From: Kudoa neothunni
Lineage: Eukaryota; Animalia; Cnidaria
Length of the DNA stretch: 64,000 nt
Direction of reading: 5' to 3'
Assembly (NCBI GenBank): GCA_964304625.1
Contig: OZ199839.1
Coordinates: forward strand, 11,966,080 to 12,030,079
The notes beneath the pieces were generated by a model, which was not told the origin of the DNA, made no database searches, and worked only from the letters and a program-made list of their open reading frames with translations. The first letter of the stretch is position 1. Each line of letters opens with the position of its first letter. Below are positions 14,104-28,054 of the stretch, in pieces. Both the position numbers and the translations under genes were made by a program.

Positions 14104-16001
14104 TAGGGTTTCTCAATTGAACTCGGCGCCATTTTGGTTCCAACAATAGTTCATATTTGAACATTAATGATATTTTTAGTAAACGTTTATTAGTTATTCC
14201 CGTAAAAAAAAATAAATAAATATCAATGGAAAACACACAATATATTACATGTTAAAAACAAGCTTAATTCGATTTCCCCAACAAATTTTTGTGTAACCTT
14301 TAATAGGTACCATATAATAATTCCTCTTTAAAATTTATTTTTAAGAAAATTATATCATAGAAAGAACCAATGTAATATCAACCTTAGACTCAGGAACAAA
14401 AGACCTCGTATAATAAATACGATCAAAAGATCGAGGCAGCGCATTAAAAATATGGTAAACTGAATATGTTTCTTTCGTATCTCAGATAATGGTCTTATCA
14501 TCAGAATTCTCTAATTCTGTCAACCACGTGTGACGTTTTCTGACCGAACTCATTGGTTACTAAAATTGCGTTGTCGCAAAGAAATTTCATAGTGCAATGA
14601 ATCCAGAAGAGAGAAATAACAATTTAATTGAATCTGATGGTTCTATTTCCGATGACAATGAATTTCTAATTATTTTGGAGCCTAAGAAACGAGTTCAACG
14701 GAAAACAATATCGTCTGAACTGAGAAAGCAAATGTTCAACTTTTTTGAAAAGGGGAGGAGTGATACCTATATTGCATCGGAGATGCGTCTGCCTGGGTCT
14801 ACTGTCTGGTCTATTTTATCCAAATTCAGGATGAGTAGAACTCTTGAACCGAAACCTAGAGGCGGAAATAGACGACCTGTTCTTTCTCCCGAACAGAAGG
14901 AAAAAATAAAGTCCATGAGGATTTTGGAATTGTTGTGTCGCTTAGTACAATCGACAGGGTGATTGGACAATTTCACTATACTCTAAAAAACTTAGTGAGA
15001 ATGCCGGAGAGAAGAAACTGCGAAACCACCATTCAAAAAAGAAAGGAATATGCAGAAATGTTCAGGGAGTTGGAAACGACGGTGACTCATGAGAGTATTG
15101 TTTTCCTCGATGAAGTAGGGTTCTCTGTTGTGACGCGACCTAAAAGAGATAGATCGTTAAAAGGAACGTCAGCCTATTGCTTTGTTTCGCTACTAGAAGT
15201 AGGAATATTTCTGTTGTCGCAGCTGTAAATAAAAATAGAATAATTTACAGCAAAATACACGACAAGGCGGTTACAGGGGAGGACTTTAAGAATTCCTGTA
15301 TAACGAAAGGTGTGCATCAATCGATTTTCGTAAAGGATAATGCCAAAATTCATCATTACACGGGATTAAAAGATTTGGTTGTTAGAGAAAATATCCCAAT
15401 AAGGTATTTACCACCTTATAACCATTTTCTTAATCCCATAGAAAATGTCTTCTCTGTTTGGATAAACCTGGTCATCCGTAGGCAATCCAAAAATGAAAAT
15501 GAATTAAGAGTGGCCATTAAAGATTGCTTTAAAGAAATTACTCTACAACAATGCGATGGATTCTACCGCAAAATGTTAGGATACATTACCAGGTCATCTC
15601 ATGGAGAAATTATCTTAGAATAAAAAATATATAAATATTGGATTTAAAGTTTTGTTGTTTCTATTTATGTAAGAAATTTAGTAACACTATTTAACACCAA
15701 ACTTAATATGGATATACGCTCTAATCTTTAATAATATTTAAAAATATGTTTAAAAGAAAAATAATTATTTAAATTGCAAAACATTAACTTTAAAACACAA
15801 TGATTCGAGTATGTAGAGTAGTGTCATCATAATTGTAAGTTACGAGATATGTATATATATATATATATATATTTTTTTTCTTTTAATTATTCATTTTTAA
15901 AAATTAAATTTATAGTTACATCTAAGTGATTTAAACGTCTAAATATGAATTATTGTTGGAACCAAAATGAAAATGGTGCCGAGTTCAATTGAGAAACCCT
16001 A
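14104..16001 (+). mobile_element. Tc1/IS630-type DNA transposon (DD34E)
   Basis: ~60-bp TIRs TAGGGTTTCTCAATTGAACTCGGC... / ...GCCGAGTTCAATTGAGAAACCCTA. TA on the left flank, CA on the right. Confidence 0.92.
14597..15623 (+). pseudogene. IS630/Tc1-family transposase (HTH + DD34E), frameshifted
   Basis: PRGGNR linker, IVFLDEVGF, VKDNAKIHH and YLPPYNHFLNPIE, with 34 residues between the second D and E. Split over three ORFs. Confidence 0.92.
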
Positions 16002-16864
16002 CAAGTTTATATGTAATTATGCTAGATTTATATATTATGCAATAGCAAGGATTTAATTCAATTTATAGTGATATTCGATAAACTTATTAATGTAACTAAT
16101 ATTAAATCGCATGTTACATCTACTAATTATATTAAAGAGAAATATACATGTTTTGGATATTGTGAATTACACAGGCGTGAAGAAATTTTAATATTATAAT
16201 ACATGTATGTAAAATGTTGGCTTAAAATTATAAAAAAAATTATTAGAATAAAATTGAAAAAACATGGATTAATTATATTTTAATAATTTAATTGTAAACA
16301 AAATCATGCGACATTATTCAGTGGATGACACTTAATAATGTCTGCAGCTAGAATTTGGAATAATTGATTTCATAAATTACCTTTCTTATATAATAACTTT
16401 TTCAAGCAAAAAATTATTTTTCCAAAATATATTTTTTATCTTATACTAGTAGGTTAGAGGTAACGTGAAATAATTAATTGATGATGAATATGCTTACTTA
16501 AAGACGTAAAAACCGTATATTTTCTGTCTATTCTAATTACAGACTTAGTCAAATCTAAACCTTTCTCAGTTAAATTTTTATTTGACCCAACTTAATTAAA
16601 CGCTTTAAGTTTCAAACAAGCTAAAATTGAACAATTGGAATATGCTAACTTTTAATATTATATTTTTTTGTTAAATATTGAAATGTTTCTTTAACTTAAT
16701 CATAAAATATTTCAAAATATCAAAATTTAGTGAATATGATAATTGATACCATTAAGATCACTTAACGTTGTGTCTTTTATAGAGCTAAATATTCTCGAAA
16801 CATCACGCAAATTTATGAGAAGACAATAACTATTAATTAAAATTATATATGCTTTTAATTTGTC

Positions 16865-17600
16865 TAATTAATTTGGTTGCGAGTTTGTCTTGGCCGACTC
16901 TTCGAAAGCATCATTCAGATATATATGTAGAAATAATATTTTATTGTTGGTGATGCTTCTATACTTCCGTTTGAAGACACTCCATGTACCTTCAATCCGG
17001 TCAGTGTGTACAACTGTCGAGGAGACAAATTCATTGTCGTGAATAACGGTCTCATGAAGATACCCAAGTTTGTGTAATCATGCGTAACCACGCCATCCAC
17101 CGGAATGACTTATGGACCATTTTTTAACATGATTGGTGATGATATTTTCTAATGTAGCATAATCCCTTTTTTTAGTCTCTACCATAAAAACATTTCCATT
17201 TTTATCAATGTCATCTACAATCCAGACACTTTGGTTTTATAGAATTCTGCCAACGCCGAATTTCCTTTTACAAATGAGGCTTTCATCGATCTGAATTTTA
17301 ATTCCAGGACCTCCAATTTTGATCGGGTTTTCCAAAAAATAAGAGAGGCACACGTCTCTTAGAAAATTTTTCCAATCGACTACTGTATTGGCAGACCCAA
17401 TGTCACATTGTCTCATACGTCATTCTTGGGTCGTTACACCTCTACACCTCTACTCCACAAATATATAAATTTTATGAGGGAATATAAAAAGAGGTGCGAA
17501 TTCGAAAAAATTGACTCAGCTCTTAATGGGGATTCTCGGTGGCAATTTTTCCTCTTGCAAAGGAAGCTATATCCATCCAAAGAGGATTTCCTTAGATATA
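16865..17600 (-). pseudogene. Merlin / IS1595 (ISXO2-like) transposase remnant
   Basis: Minus strand: VVDWKNFLRDVC, GGPGIKIQIDESLICKRKFGVGRI, GWRGY, IHDNEFVS..VHTDRIEGTWSVFKR. Confidence 0.88.
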
Positions 17601-17607
17601 ATCTATC

Positions 17608-17644
<37 letters not shown>

Positions 17645-17700
17645 GCTCTTATGTCTGTCAGTGTGTGTGTTTGCAGCAGTTCGCATGTGCAATGGACAAA
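17608..17700 (+). mobile_element. Helitron-type 5' end truncating the Merlin remnant
   Basis: TC-(TA)n-TGAAG...GTCTGTCAGTGTGTGTG, like the starts at 11841 and 12635. No matching 3' end was identified. Confidence 0.45.
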
Positions 17701-17749
17701 CTTTCCTTAAATACAGCTTTTAGTATACATTTGAATAGATGATACCATT

Positions 17750-18572
17750 AATAAAAATCTTTCATTTACTTAGAAGTATAAATATAATCAATACTGCAGT
17801 TAGATGTAAGGTATTTTCCGGTTGTCTACTCAAATAGCAGATAAAAAATACCTGTATAGTATTTAATAGTTGTTTGCTTCATAGTGATACTCGATTAGAA
17901 TGAACATTTTACTCATTGTATAGAAAAAGAGTCTCTTGATTATGATGTAGGATGTTCTAAAATTTTTACATATGTCTGTTAGGAGTTACTCTAAGACAAA
18001 TAAAACTATTAACGTCACATTTACAAGAGATATTGCATATCCCTTAAAATTTTAAACATAAATAAGTTATTTGGGATGTGTTTTCTCTTTTCAAACGTTA
18101 TGGGTATAGTTAAGCAAAATAGATTATGATCATTTTAAATAAAACACATAATTAGAGATTATAAGTTGTTGTCATGTTGGAATAATTTGGGTCTCTATAC
18201 GAATTCTAAAAACTATGTAGGATGTGCGTAGAGTTTTCAAATAATTAAATTTTTGTGATAACATCAATGGAAATTATGCTCCATTGGAATTGCTGAGATG
18301 TAAATATTTCTTTTTACCAAATATGTCGATTGAGATTGAAACTCTATTCGTCTTTTTGATAAGTGTTTATTCATTTTTTGGGTTTTCCATGCGCTTAAGA
18401 TAGTTTTGATCTCTCCACAACTATTTAACTATCATCATTTAATGAAACTAAATTTTTACTTCGGTGGCACAAATTCCATATCTTATAATAAGTATTTTAA
18501 GGTTTTATAGTTGTAAACTAATAATTGATATTTACCAATTAATACAAGAAATACAAGTAAAACCTTTGGCAT
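17750..18572 (-). pseudogene. Candidate multi-exon orphan secreted-protein gene or pseudogene
   Basis: ATG at 18572 gives MPKVLLVFLVLI then a phase-1 GT intron, as in the first exons of the ADAM and LCAT genes. The next exons splice in frame (DMEFVPPN-CGEIKTILSAWKTQKMNKHLSKRR). Later exons are ambiguous and no family was recognised. Confidence 0.3.
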
Positions 18573-20010
18573 ATTAACTTTGCTCATTATTTATGGATTA
18601 ATTTTTGTTTTACTTTTTATCAAGTGTATTACCAAATATACGCCTATTATTGATTAATGTCAGTAATATAATAAAATTATAATTTTCTAAAATCACTTTA
18701 AAAAGTATGATAAATTTTTCGAATTCATGTAAAACTTAAATATTTAAAATATAAGATATAACAGAGAACGTAAAGTTTTAATCCAAAAAATCAGGGGGAT
18801 GCTCGTAGAATGAAATCAGAACTCCCATTAGAACAGATTAAAATTATATTCTAAAATAAGTCAAATATTTATTATTTACTGTAATAAATTGCTAATGTTT
18901 AATTTATAAATTATTTCAATTTTAATAAACAAAAAAATTTGTTTAAATAAAGAGAGAAATAATAATGAACCACATTGTGGCCAGTTATAATAAATTTGTT
19001 CATGAAAAAAATTTTATAATAAAAATTTAGCTATTGATTTTAATTAAATTTATCATATGACAGCAGTATTAATAGTAATTCTAATAAGAGTTTTTTAATG
19101 TGTAATTACTAAAAACAATTTAAAAGATAAATTTAATCAATCGATTGAAATATTATATATCACGAAAATATTTTTCATCAAAATATATAATCCTTTGTCA
19201 TTCAATTAAGGCGTGGAAGCACGGATTGAGTCATCCCATTACAAAAGTACGTATAGTGAGTATATTGGAAATAAAATTTAAATGAGGAAATCTGTGATTA
19301 TTAATCAGTATAATTACAGTGGGATACCTATTCGGAATAATCCCTTCTGAACCATTAAAAAGTGTGTAAAATTTGTTCCATTTTTTTCATACTTTTTGCG
19401 CATGCACATTATAATTATGTATATCATTTTTGGAATTTTTTAAAACAAATTATTGTCCATTTTATCGAAAATTTTCTGTTAAATAAAAGTTCTATAACAG
19501 GAAGAAACCAAATGATACTGTAGTTTAAATGTTTGAACAAATCCATTATTTTGGATTGGCTAATATTTGGATTCATTATAACATGTAGATAAAAAGTCTT
19601 AAAAAAATGGAAAACAAACTCTAAATTTTTCATCTAGTGGTGAAATTTGGATCTTTTTTTTTTTTTTGAAATTGTCATTTAGGGTAGTTATATGTTAATG
19701 CTGAAATGTTTTAACATTTATACCTTTGCTTGTAGGCATATATATATATATATATATATAATTTTTTGAGAATAATTGTATATTAGAACTACGGATTGGT
19801 CCCAAAAATTGTATTAAATTGGAAAATCACGTGATTTCTAGTATATATTTTACATCATATACAGTCAATTATTTTAACTAAATTACCGTTGAGTTGAATA
19901 TATATATATATATGTTTGCATAAACCTTAGAATTACTTAAAATTATAATCAAACAAATTTTATAAAAAATGTGCAATATCGGTTACCAACTGTATTTAAT
20001 ATTTAAATTA

Positions 20011-22872
20011 GGCATATGCTATTACCACGGGAATCGATTTCTCTTCAATTAGTATCTCTATTAAATAACTAATTTCACATTACTAATATTTATATTTGTC
20101 TCTACTAAATTACAGGATTAGGTAACAATTGAAATATCTTTTTTTACATATTTATATTGTTTATTTTATTGATCGTTTTTCATAATTAAATGAAAAATTT
20201 ATTAATCTTAGTTTAAAACACGATCAAATTGTAGTATGTCATTTTCTGTCAGTAATAAGGTTAAAGTTAAAGAATTTTGTGTGATTTAGTATAAGTCTTA
20301 CATTACTCTTGAAGTGCGCGCCTTTACATGATATATTCAACCTCGTGTTATTTAATTTTTTTCCAATATTTAAATTATATGATTTAGTGTATTCTATTCA
20401 TAAATTATACTCATTATATTTCACAGAAATGATGTGAATTTTCCTCTTTAGATTTCAATATTGACAAGAATTTTGAAAAAATTAATCATAATTAGGTCAT
20501 TTTTCTGAAATTAGATAAATGTAACACGATGAGCAATGGCTATCCTAGTCAAATAAATAATGAGAGGTATAAGCATATTTAGTTTTCTTTTTGTATCCAA
20601 TAGTGGTTAAAGCGTATCCCTTTGGTCTCCCAACAGACTTCAATTGAGAGGGAACTTTTAAGGCTAAAATAATTTAAAAAAAGAAAGGAAATGAAAGTAC
20701 CATCAAGCTCGATCATATTTAAAATAGGTGCTAGTTGATCTTTAGATAAAACAGTTTAGAGGTCGGGAGCATTTTCATTTGAAATATTATTAATAATAAT
20801 ATTCTCGATAATCTCCTCACCTTGCGGAATAATATTATTACCAACACCCTCAACAATTATTTGAGAATTAAAAATATTCTCAATAACATCTATTTTTTGT
20901 AAGTTAGATACGAGTAAAATATTCAAGTTAAGCGTCATATACCTCTTCCTTCAGAGATATCTTCATCTTCGGCTATAGCCTCAGAGTATTTAATATTCAA
21001 TGGTGCGATTTCCTAAAAATAAATCAAGAAAAATTAAGTTTTCTTAAAATACATAATTGATTTATTTTCTTTATTAATTTGATGTCGTGGTTCTTGATTA
21101 TTTTTTCTATTGTGTTGAATAGTGATAGGCAACTATCATAAAACTCCCCACAATATTCAGCGGACAAAGCTGCTAGCTTATTTGTGTAAATCGCAGAATT
21201 TTTTAAACGTTTTCCATAAGAATCAAAAATTCCTTTTTGGTTTTATTGAAATACTCTCTTTTGGTGTTACATTTATAGTTTCCATTTCCAAGAATCGGCT
21301 CATGTAATCTTGTGACCATCTAGGGTGGCATAGATTTGAATCGAACATCGGAAGCAGGTTAAACGCTCTCTTTTTAAAAATACGACTACATGGAAGGAGG
21401 TACGATCTGTAAATATAACAATTACATCTTATGAATGTAGTTACACTATCTGTATTCGTGTTTTCGTTAAAATTTTGAATTTGTTTGTGGATTATATTGA
21501 AGGAAAATGGATTTAAATGATTAAAATACGCGTTTAGAACTTCATTTGAGGTATCAAAATTAACTGGCTTCAGTAATATTTTGATTATATTGTATTTCAT
21601 TTCTATTCTCATTGATTTGAGAGCGTCAAAGAAATAACGGAAAAAATCATTAAGATTTGAAAATTTCTTTATTGTTTGTTTTAGTTGATCATTAATGGCT
21701 TCTAATCTATTATTGGTCAAGTTTTCATAGAAAGGATATGCTACACTTAATCCTATGACCCATTCATCAGCGATTGGTTCCCAATTGGATTTAAAATAGT
21801 TAATAAACTTATCGTTGCTTTGTTGAAAAAGATTATTGCATAGTTTATCGAATTCATGTTTATTTTTCGAATAGATAATTTTATTAAGAGTTTCAAGCAA
21901 TTGGTCCCTTTTCTCTCGAGTGATACCGTATTTCGACATAGTTATTTCACGTCGGAAACTTTGAGAAACATGAAATATGCAGATCATTAGATTGGAGTTT
22001 GGAAATAATTCTTTCAAACATTTCCTTAGAGTGTGGTGCTTGTCAGTAATGATCATTCGGACATTTTGAGTCATGTTCGGCATCATTTTTATTAGTTTAG
22101 AAATATACCATTTAATTGACTCCGCCGTTTCATCGTACAAGATACAGCCGCTAGTTATGTGGGTTTCACCAACCGAGTCTTCTGCAACAGACAGATACAA
22201 TGGCGCACTAATAAACTAATAAAATAACGAAATAGAGAAAACCTCAGAAGATAACCGCGAGACTAGCAGTTTATAGGTTGCATCAAACATGGGTAAGTTT
22301 TCATAGATCCATGGATCATTTGGATGGTTATGAGTAGTGTTAGAAGATCTAATCTCCAGAAAATTTCCATCTACACTTACTCATAATGTAACTTTAAATG
22401 GGCTCCAAAGTAGCATACGTAAGTTATTTCGTAATACACTAACGTGTTTTTAATATATCGATTAACCCGGTTTTGCACTGAGTCGATTCTTCTTGAATCT
22501 TTAGATTCACAAAATGACTTTTCTCATACTCTTAAATATAAAATTTTAAACATTCAAAAGTTTCAAGTTTCATTCCAACATGAAAATTGTCTGAATTCGA
22601 ATCACTCATTGTAGTTCAACCAAATTCGTGAAACACGTGGAGTTATGTTTACACTGCATGGCTCAAAGCAATAAATTCGAAATGATTAATATTTTTAATT
22701 AATTTGACGTTAATATTGTTTTAGTCTATTAGATTCGCTAACATTTATGTTGCTAGCAGTCTATTTTCCATAATTTAGTAGAGAAAAATGTAAATAATAG
22801 TAATGTTAAATCAGTTATTTAATAGAGATAACAATTGCAGAGAAATTGATTCCCGTGGTAATAGCCACTGCC
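20011..22872 (-). mobile_element. Mutator-like (MULE) DNA transposon
   Basis: ~105-bp TIRs (GGCATATGCTATTACCACGGGAATC... / ...GATTCCCGTGGTAATAGCCACTGCC). Perfect 9-bp TSD TTTAAATTA at 20002-20010 and 22873-22881. Confidence 0.95.
20520..22609 (-). pseudogene. MULE transposase with SWIM finger, intron-containing, internally deleted
   Basis: Start MSDSNSDNFHVGMK (ATG 22609), HNHP, FDATYK, IITDK, CIFH, TNNRLE, SWIM-like CNC...LPC and a C-terminal GRPKG. A 48-nt GT-AG intron at 22208-22255 restores DATYKLLVSRAPLYL. Confidence 0.9.
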
Positions 22873-23279
22873 TTTAAATTATATCATTAATTTTAATCGT
22901 TTATTTATATTAATTCCGATAAATTTATAAACTGTGATTTCTTCAATCAATAAAAATTAAAATTATCGATAATAAATTGTAAAAAATTATTTACTTTTAA
23001 TTTTTTAAAAATAATATTAAAAGAATTCATCTATATATAATGAATATAATATATATATGTGTGTCAAGGATTAATATTTAAGTGTACATTTTTAAGTCAA
23101 AATGATTAAAACTTTCCGAAATAATTGATTTTCGCATTAACCCTCTTTGTACGACGAGCGTGACCATAACGCAAAAGCCGGTGGCGACATTTTTGACTCC
23201 AGATCAAATCATTCTAAAACGTTTAAATTCTTTATTAAGCTAAATCAACACATACTTTAAAATAATTTCACACTATTAA

Positions 23280-25574
23280 CCCTCTGAGCGCCCCCAAAAC
23301 GACTTTACACATTTTTTCTTTGGGGTCAAATTGACCCCAGGCGTGTTACGAATTAATTTACGCTAATTTTTTCATAGTTTTTTAATTATCGATCTTTTTT
23401 TCAATGAGAACTAAGAAGAAATTAAAATATGTGGAATAGATTAATTTGCCTATACGAGGAATCATTAAATATAGTGTGGACTAGTCAGAAACTAATGAAA
23501 ATGATGCGTTTATTAAGAAATTTGCGTGTTTTATCATTTTATATTTTCCTGCATTTATATAAAATCATATATCGTTGAGCATGTTGCGAATAAAAACACA
23601 TTAAACCAACGGACAAGACAAATGCAAATATATTTTTCCAAGTAATTTACCTTATTTAGTAAGACATTTAACGTGAATAACGTTTGAGTGGTCATCGCAA
23701 CAGTTTGCCTTACAAACAGATCTTGTTTTTTTTGTCGCGGTTTCTTTCACAAAGACAACACCTTTTTCTACTTCGACTTGAACACTCCAAAGACATATTT
23801 TGTTATAACTTCTCATTATTAATGTTCAGAAAATTAGTTACAAGACTGTCCGCTAGCATTTCTAAATATTTCAGTCTAGAGCAACTAGGGTCAATGAATA
23901 TTTCCTTATAAATATGGAATGAGTTAATCAAACTGGCGTCAACCATATTATAAAAAACTGCAGTGGGCCAGCCAACGCTTCGTGATCGTTTAACACTAGT
24001 TGTGGCAATTATACGGTCAACTGTGTCGACTCCTCCCTTGCATTTATTATAAGGATGTGTGACCACCTCAGGTTTTTTAGTGGCAGTATCATCAACATTT
24101 GTATTGCAAGAAGAAGTTGTTAGAAGTAAAACTGATTTGTTTTTTTTGGAACATACGAAAGCAACATAAATTTTTTGTAAAACAAAAATCTAGAACTGTT
24201 TACTTCTCTATTTCGGTCTTTCTTTAGATGCTCTGGAATGTCTCTCTTGTTACTGCGGATCGTACCAACCATAGCCATACCCCAATTCAAGAGATTTTCT
24301 GCAACAGAAATAGAGCTGAAAAAATTATCAAATACAATATTTCTGTCACTGTCTTAAATTAACGACAAGTTCCAAAACCACACTTTCACCAACATTTTTG
24401 GCTTTCTCGCTATTGTTTCTTCCCAAGTATACAGATATATTATAGATGTATTTTGTATCAGGGTCGGTAAGCAGAAAAAATTTTATACCGCAAACAGCAA
24501 GTTTCGACGGCGTGTATTGCTTAAAGGGACATTTACCTCTAAATGCAACAAGTCGCTCGTCGATGGTCAAATTTTCACCGGGAATAACTAATTTAGAAAT
24601 TCTGTCTTTTCAGGTATCAAAAATCTCTCGCAATGGGCAAAATTTGTCTAACTCACGTCTTGCTTCTCGGGTTTCAAAGTCATCAAAATGAAGAGACCTC
24701 GATATCTGGACAAATCTTTTTAGTAACACTATTTTTCTGAATATATTACAACACTCCAAAGTAATTTTAAGGACTCTAATTTTGACTTAAATATGGACAT
24801 ATAAATTAGAAATTCAAGGTAAGCTTCAAATTCTTCCAATGTTATAGATTTCCACTCATTATTGTAATGAAAATCCCCAAATTTGTTTGTGTTCGAAATC
24901 ACACTAGAAAAAAATAAAATGTCAAAAAATATCAAGAATTTATCCGATATTTCTCTAATTCATGACGTCTCGTAGGCACTTAAACCTGGGATCGGATGAT
25001 GTATATTTTTCTTTTGAGTTTTTGTGATCTTTGGTGTAACCGAGGACGAAGCAATTCCATTTTTGTCGAGGAATAGATTTCTGTTTTTGCGATTTGCGTT
25101 ATTTCGTTGTCGGATTCTGATAAAGAATCAAATAAATGAAGACTGTCGTCTATTTCATTTGCTTCGGAATCATTTTCTGATCAGAACTCGTTCTCAAAAT
25201 CACTCATTTTCAAAATGTATTTTCTTGCCTGTGTTTGTGAATCTTCGCTGAGCATATTTTTGGTTTTTTTCTCTATATTTTATGATAAAATCCCTTTAAA
25301 ATTTAATTTAATTTAATTTAACTTAACTTAATTTAAACAAAACATTTTTCATTTAGACTTGATACGTGTATTTTTACGTTCCCCCAAAGAAAGAATATGT
25401 TAGTATTTATTTCACTATTTAATATATTATTTCTAATTTTTTTTTACTTTCAAATCAAAAAGCACATTATAGGCAAATAGCTTGATTTTTAAACTAATTA
25501 AAGCTTTATGAGACAACATAAAACACAACACAAAATCATTTGGGGTCAATTTGAACCCATAGACGTTCGGAAGG
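23280..25574 (-). mobile_element. piggyBac element 1 (degenerate transposase ~23655-25080)
   Basis: TTAA at 23276-23279 and 25575-25578. Ends CCCTCTGAGCG / CGTTCGGAAGG, with subterminal TGGGGTCAA-TTGACCCCA palindromes. TIDERL..FRGKC, FDNFFSS, KGGVDTVD and a Cys-rich tail. Confidence 0.92.
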
Positions 25575-28054
25575 TTAATAGGTAAAATGGGTTCTAATTT
25601 CCAGAAATAGTGATGTTAATTTGGGCACGCGCAAATAGGTTACCCACCCACAGTTTAATGAGAGTTTAAATGTCAAATTCTTTTAGGGGTTAGCTTGAGT
25701 CATAAAAATAAAAATAACGCCGGATTAATTAATTAATTATTTATTTAATTAAAGAATTAATTGGATATTAAAATGAGCTGTAATGAGAAGCATCTTCGTT
25801 ACCAATTGGAAGACTTAGAATGGATTAAGTATATTTTGATCAGACAATGCACTTTTGTTCATGACAACATTTTTTCTAAATTTTGAATTATTTCTTGATT
25901 CGTTCTTGTACATTCGCGAAATTTTGTTATTGCTTTGTGTTTCATTCGCGTGCATGCCAACCTGTCAGTTTGAAATTAGTCGTTTAATAGGTTGAGAATC
26001 AAGATACTTTCTCCAAAAAAAGACTTTTTGATTAACATATTAAGGATTTAATGTATGGCGTCACGGGGTTGAACTAATGCTTGGAATTTCATTGACTATA
26101 ACCGTACCATGTTCATAGAAAATATTTTAATTAAATTTTTCAAAAATATATGATAATTTATATTGTTAAGGAATTTCGATTAGCAGAAGTTTATTAAAAT
26201 TGGAGTAATTTAGTTCTAGATCAAGTAATAAGGTAGGATTACGGATCTAAAAACAACCATTGGGGAATCTGTGTTTTTCTATTCATAAGCGGTTGTTCAT
26301 AATCAAATATAAAAACGCTGAAAGCATGGATTCAGTTAATTATTATAACTTCTACATTAAATAAACGTGTTGAAAACATTTGTATTAATGTTTTATTTTC
26401 CAAATGATATGATTAAATTACTTTAGTAAACGTCGCATATTTTGTTATAAATAATAAACCATCTTCTGTATTAATGTTTATACATTTATTATAAACTTTT
26501 TACAAAACTACATCAATCAGTTAATACATTTTTTAGTTTTTAAATTTTTATAATGACCAAATGCTCAGCTTTATTATTTCAGTACAATAATATGCAAAAA
26601 AAATTAGTTTGTAATTTATTTTTAAATAACTATTTACAAATAATAAAAATAAATCATCTAAATTGCATTTTAGTAATATTGTGTTTATAACAATACTTAA
26701 TTTAAGTAATTTACTGATGCATATGATTTGTGAAATTTATATTATATTTAATATTATTAAAATTAACTATTTTATTGTAAGTTTTCTATTTTGTAACGAA
26801 TGTAAAATGGGCTTATATAAACTCAAATAGATTAAATGAAAGAACTAACAAGTTTTGGATATTGTAAGAGATTTAACAATCTAAGCATTTTCGATAATGA
26901 GATAAACTAAGCTATTGGCGCTTGTTTTCTTATATAATAGATGTAGATGCACATTATTTTAACTAATCCCTCAAAATTTGAATGAATCTCTTAATGTTGA
27001 AATTTCGAGTATTTAATAGTCTCTATAATCGCATTTTTAAACCCCCATTTGATATGTTCTCCAGGAATATTGACGATGTGAAAAAAGGGTTCAATTGTGT
27101 TTCTCTACTAATGGAAAATATCCCGCACTAAGTCATAGGAATGATACAACTTTTAATCCATATTTAACAAAGATTGAAACAAATCCTCCTAAACTGGCTT
27201 TATTATTTGAATAAAATGGAATAGATCGTTTAGAAATAAATCTACAGGTAGCCATTGCCAACCCATCGACCAGAATATATTTCAATGCAAGTTTAAATTT
27301 ATATAAATATTAAAATTAACTCTCGTTTAGCCATATTTTTTGCGGGTTTTAATATAATAACGACAGCATTCAAATATTTTTGAAATATTAACATATAATA
27401 ATTAAGTTCCTATGAAACTGTAACATTAACTATGTAGTAGGAAGAATTTGAATGTTCTTTTCGTAGGAAATCATGTTATTTTGTCTTTAAAATCTAACGA
27501 CATTACGCATTAGTTTTTTTCACCACGTTCAAGATTTTTAAAAATTGTCATAATAGGTTTATATGTTTTTAAATCAACCAAATAGATTTGTATATAATAT
27601 ATATTCGAATTGAGAAAAATTATTAATATAAAATTATTTTTGATATCAACGTTATGCATTTGATACAATTAATTAGTTAATGTTTATATAAAAATGAAAT
27701 TCTTATTCTGATGGAAATTCAATTAATAGTAGGCCATTGCTAAGGATGAATTATTGAAATATGACGTTTGATAAAAATTATAGTTGTCACACTCACATTT
27801 TAGGATAAATAAAGCAATCTCTAATCGATCGATTAAATGATATTTCATCTGGAAATAACTGCGAGAGGCTAACAGTTATTTCAAGAATATATTATAGCAA
27901 CTATTATTGATAACAAATACAGTGCCTAAAATAACCTAATGGTGATGAAACAGTGATAAATACAAAAATTAAAATAATCAACAGGTGGTTCAATTTTTAT
28001 AGTGGTCGCTGATTTAGAATACGGCCACTATTCTATATTTTAATCAAAAAAATG

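Noticed and set aside
23137-23275. Orphan TTAA-CCCTCT piggyBac-like end (and another GGGAGGG-TTAA at ~30310-30320)
   Set aside because: No convincing partner TIR was found, so element limits cannot be called.
26950-27300. Coding-like stretch on the plus strand (TNGKYPALSHRNDTTFNPY...)
   Set aside because: In-frame stops, no family recognised and no clear gene boundaries.
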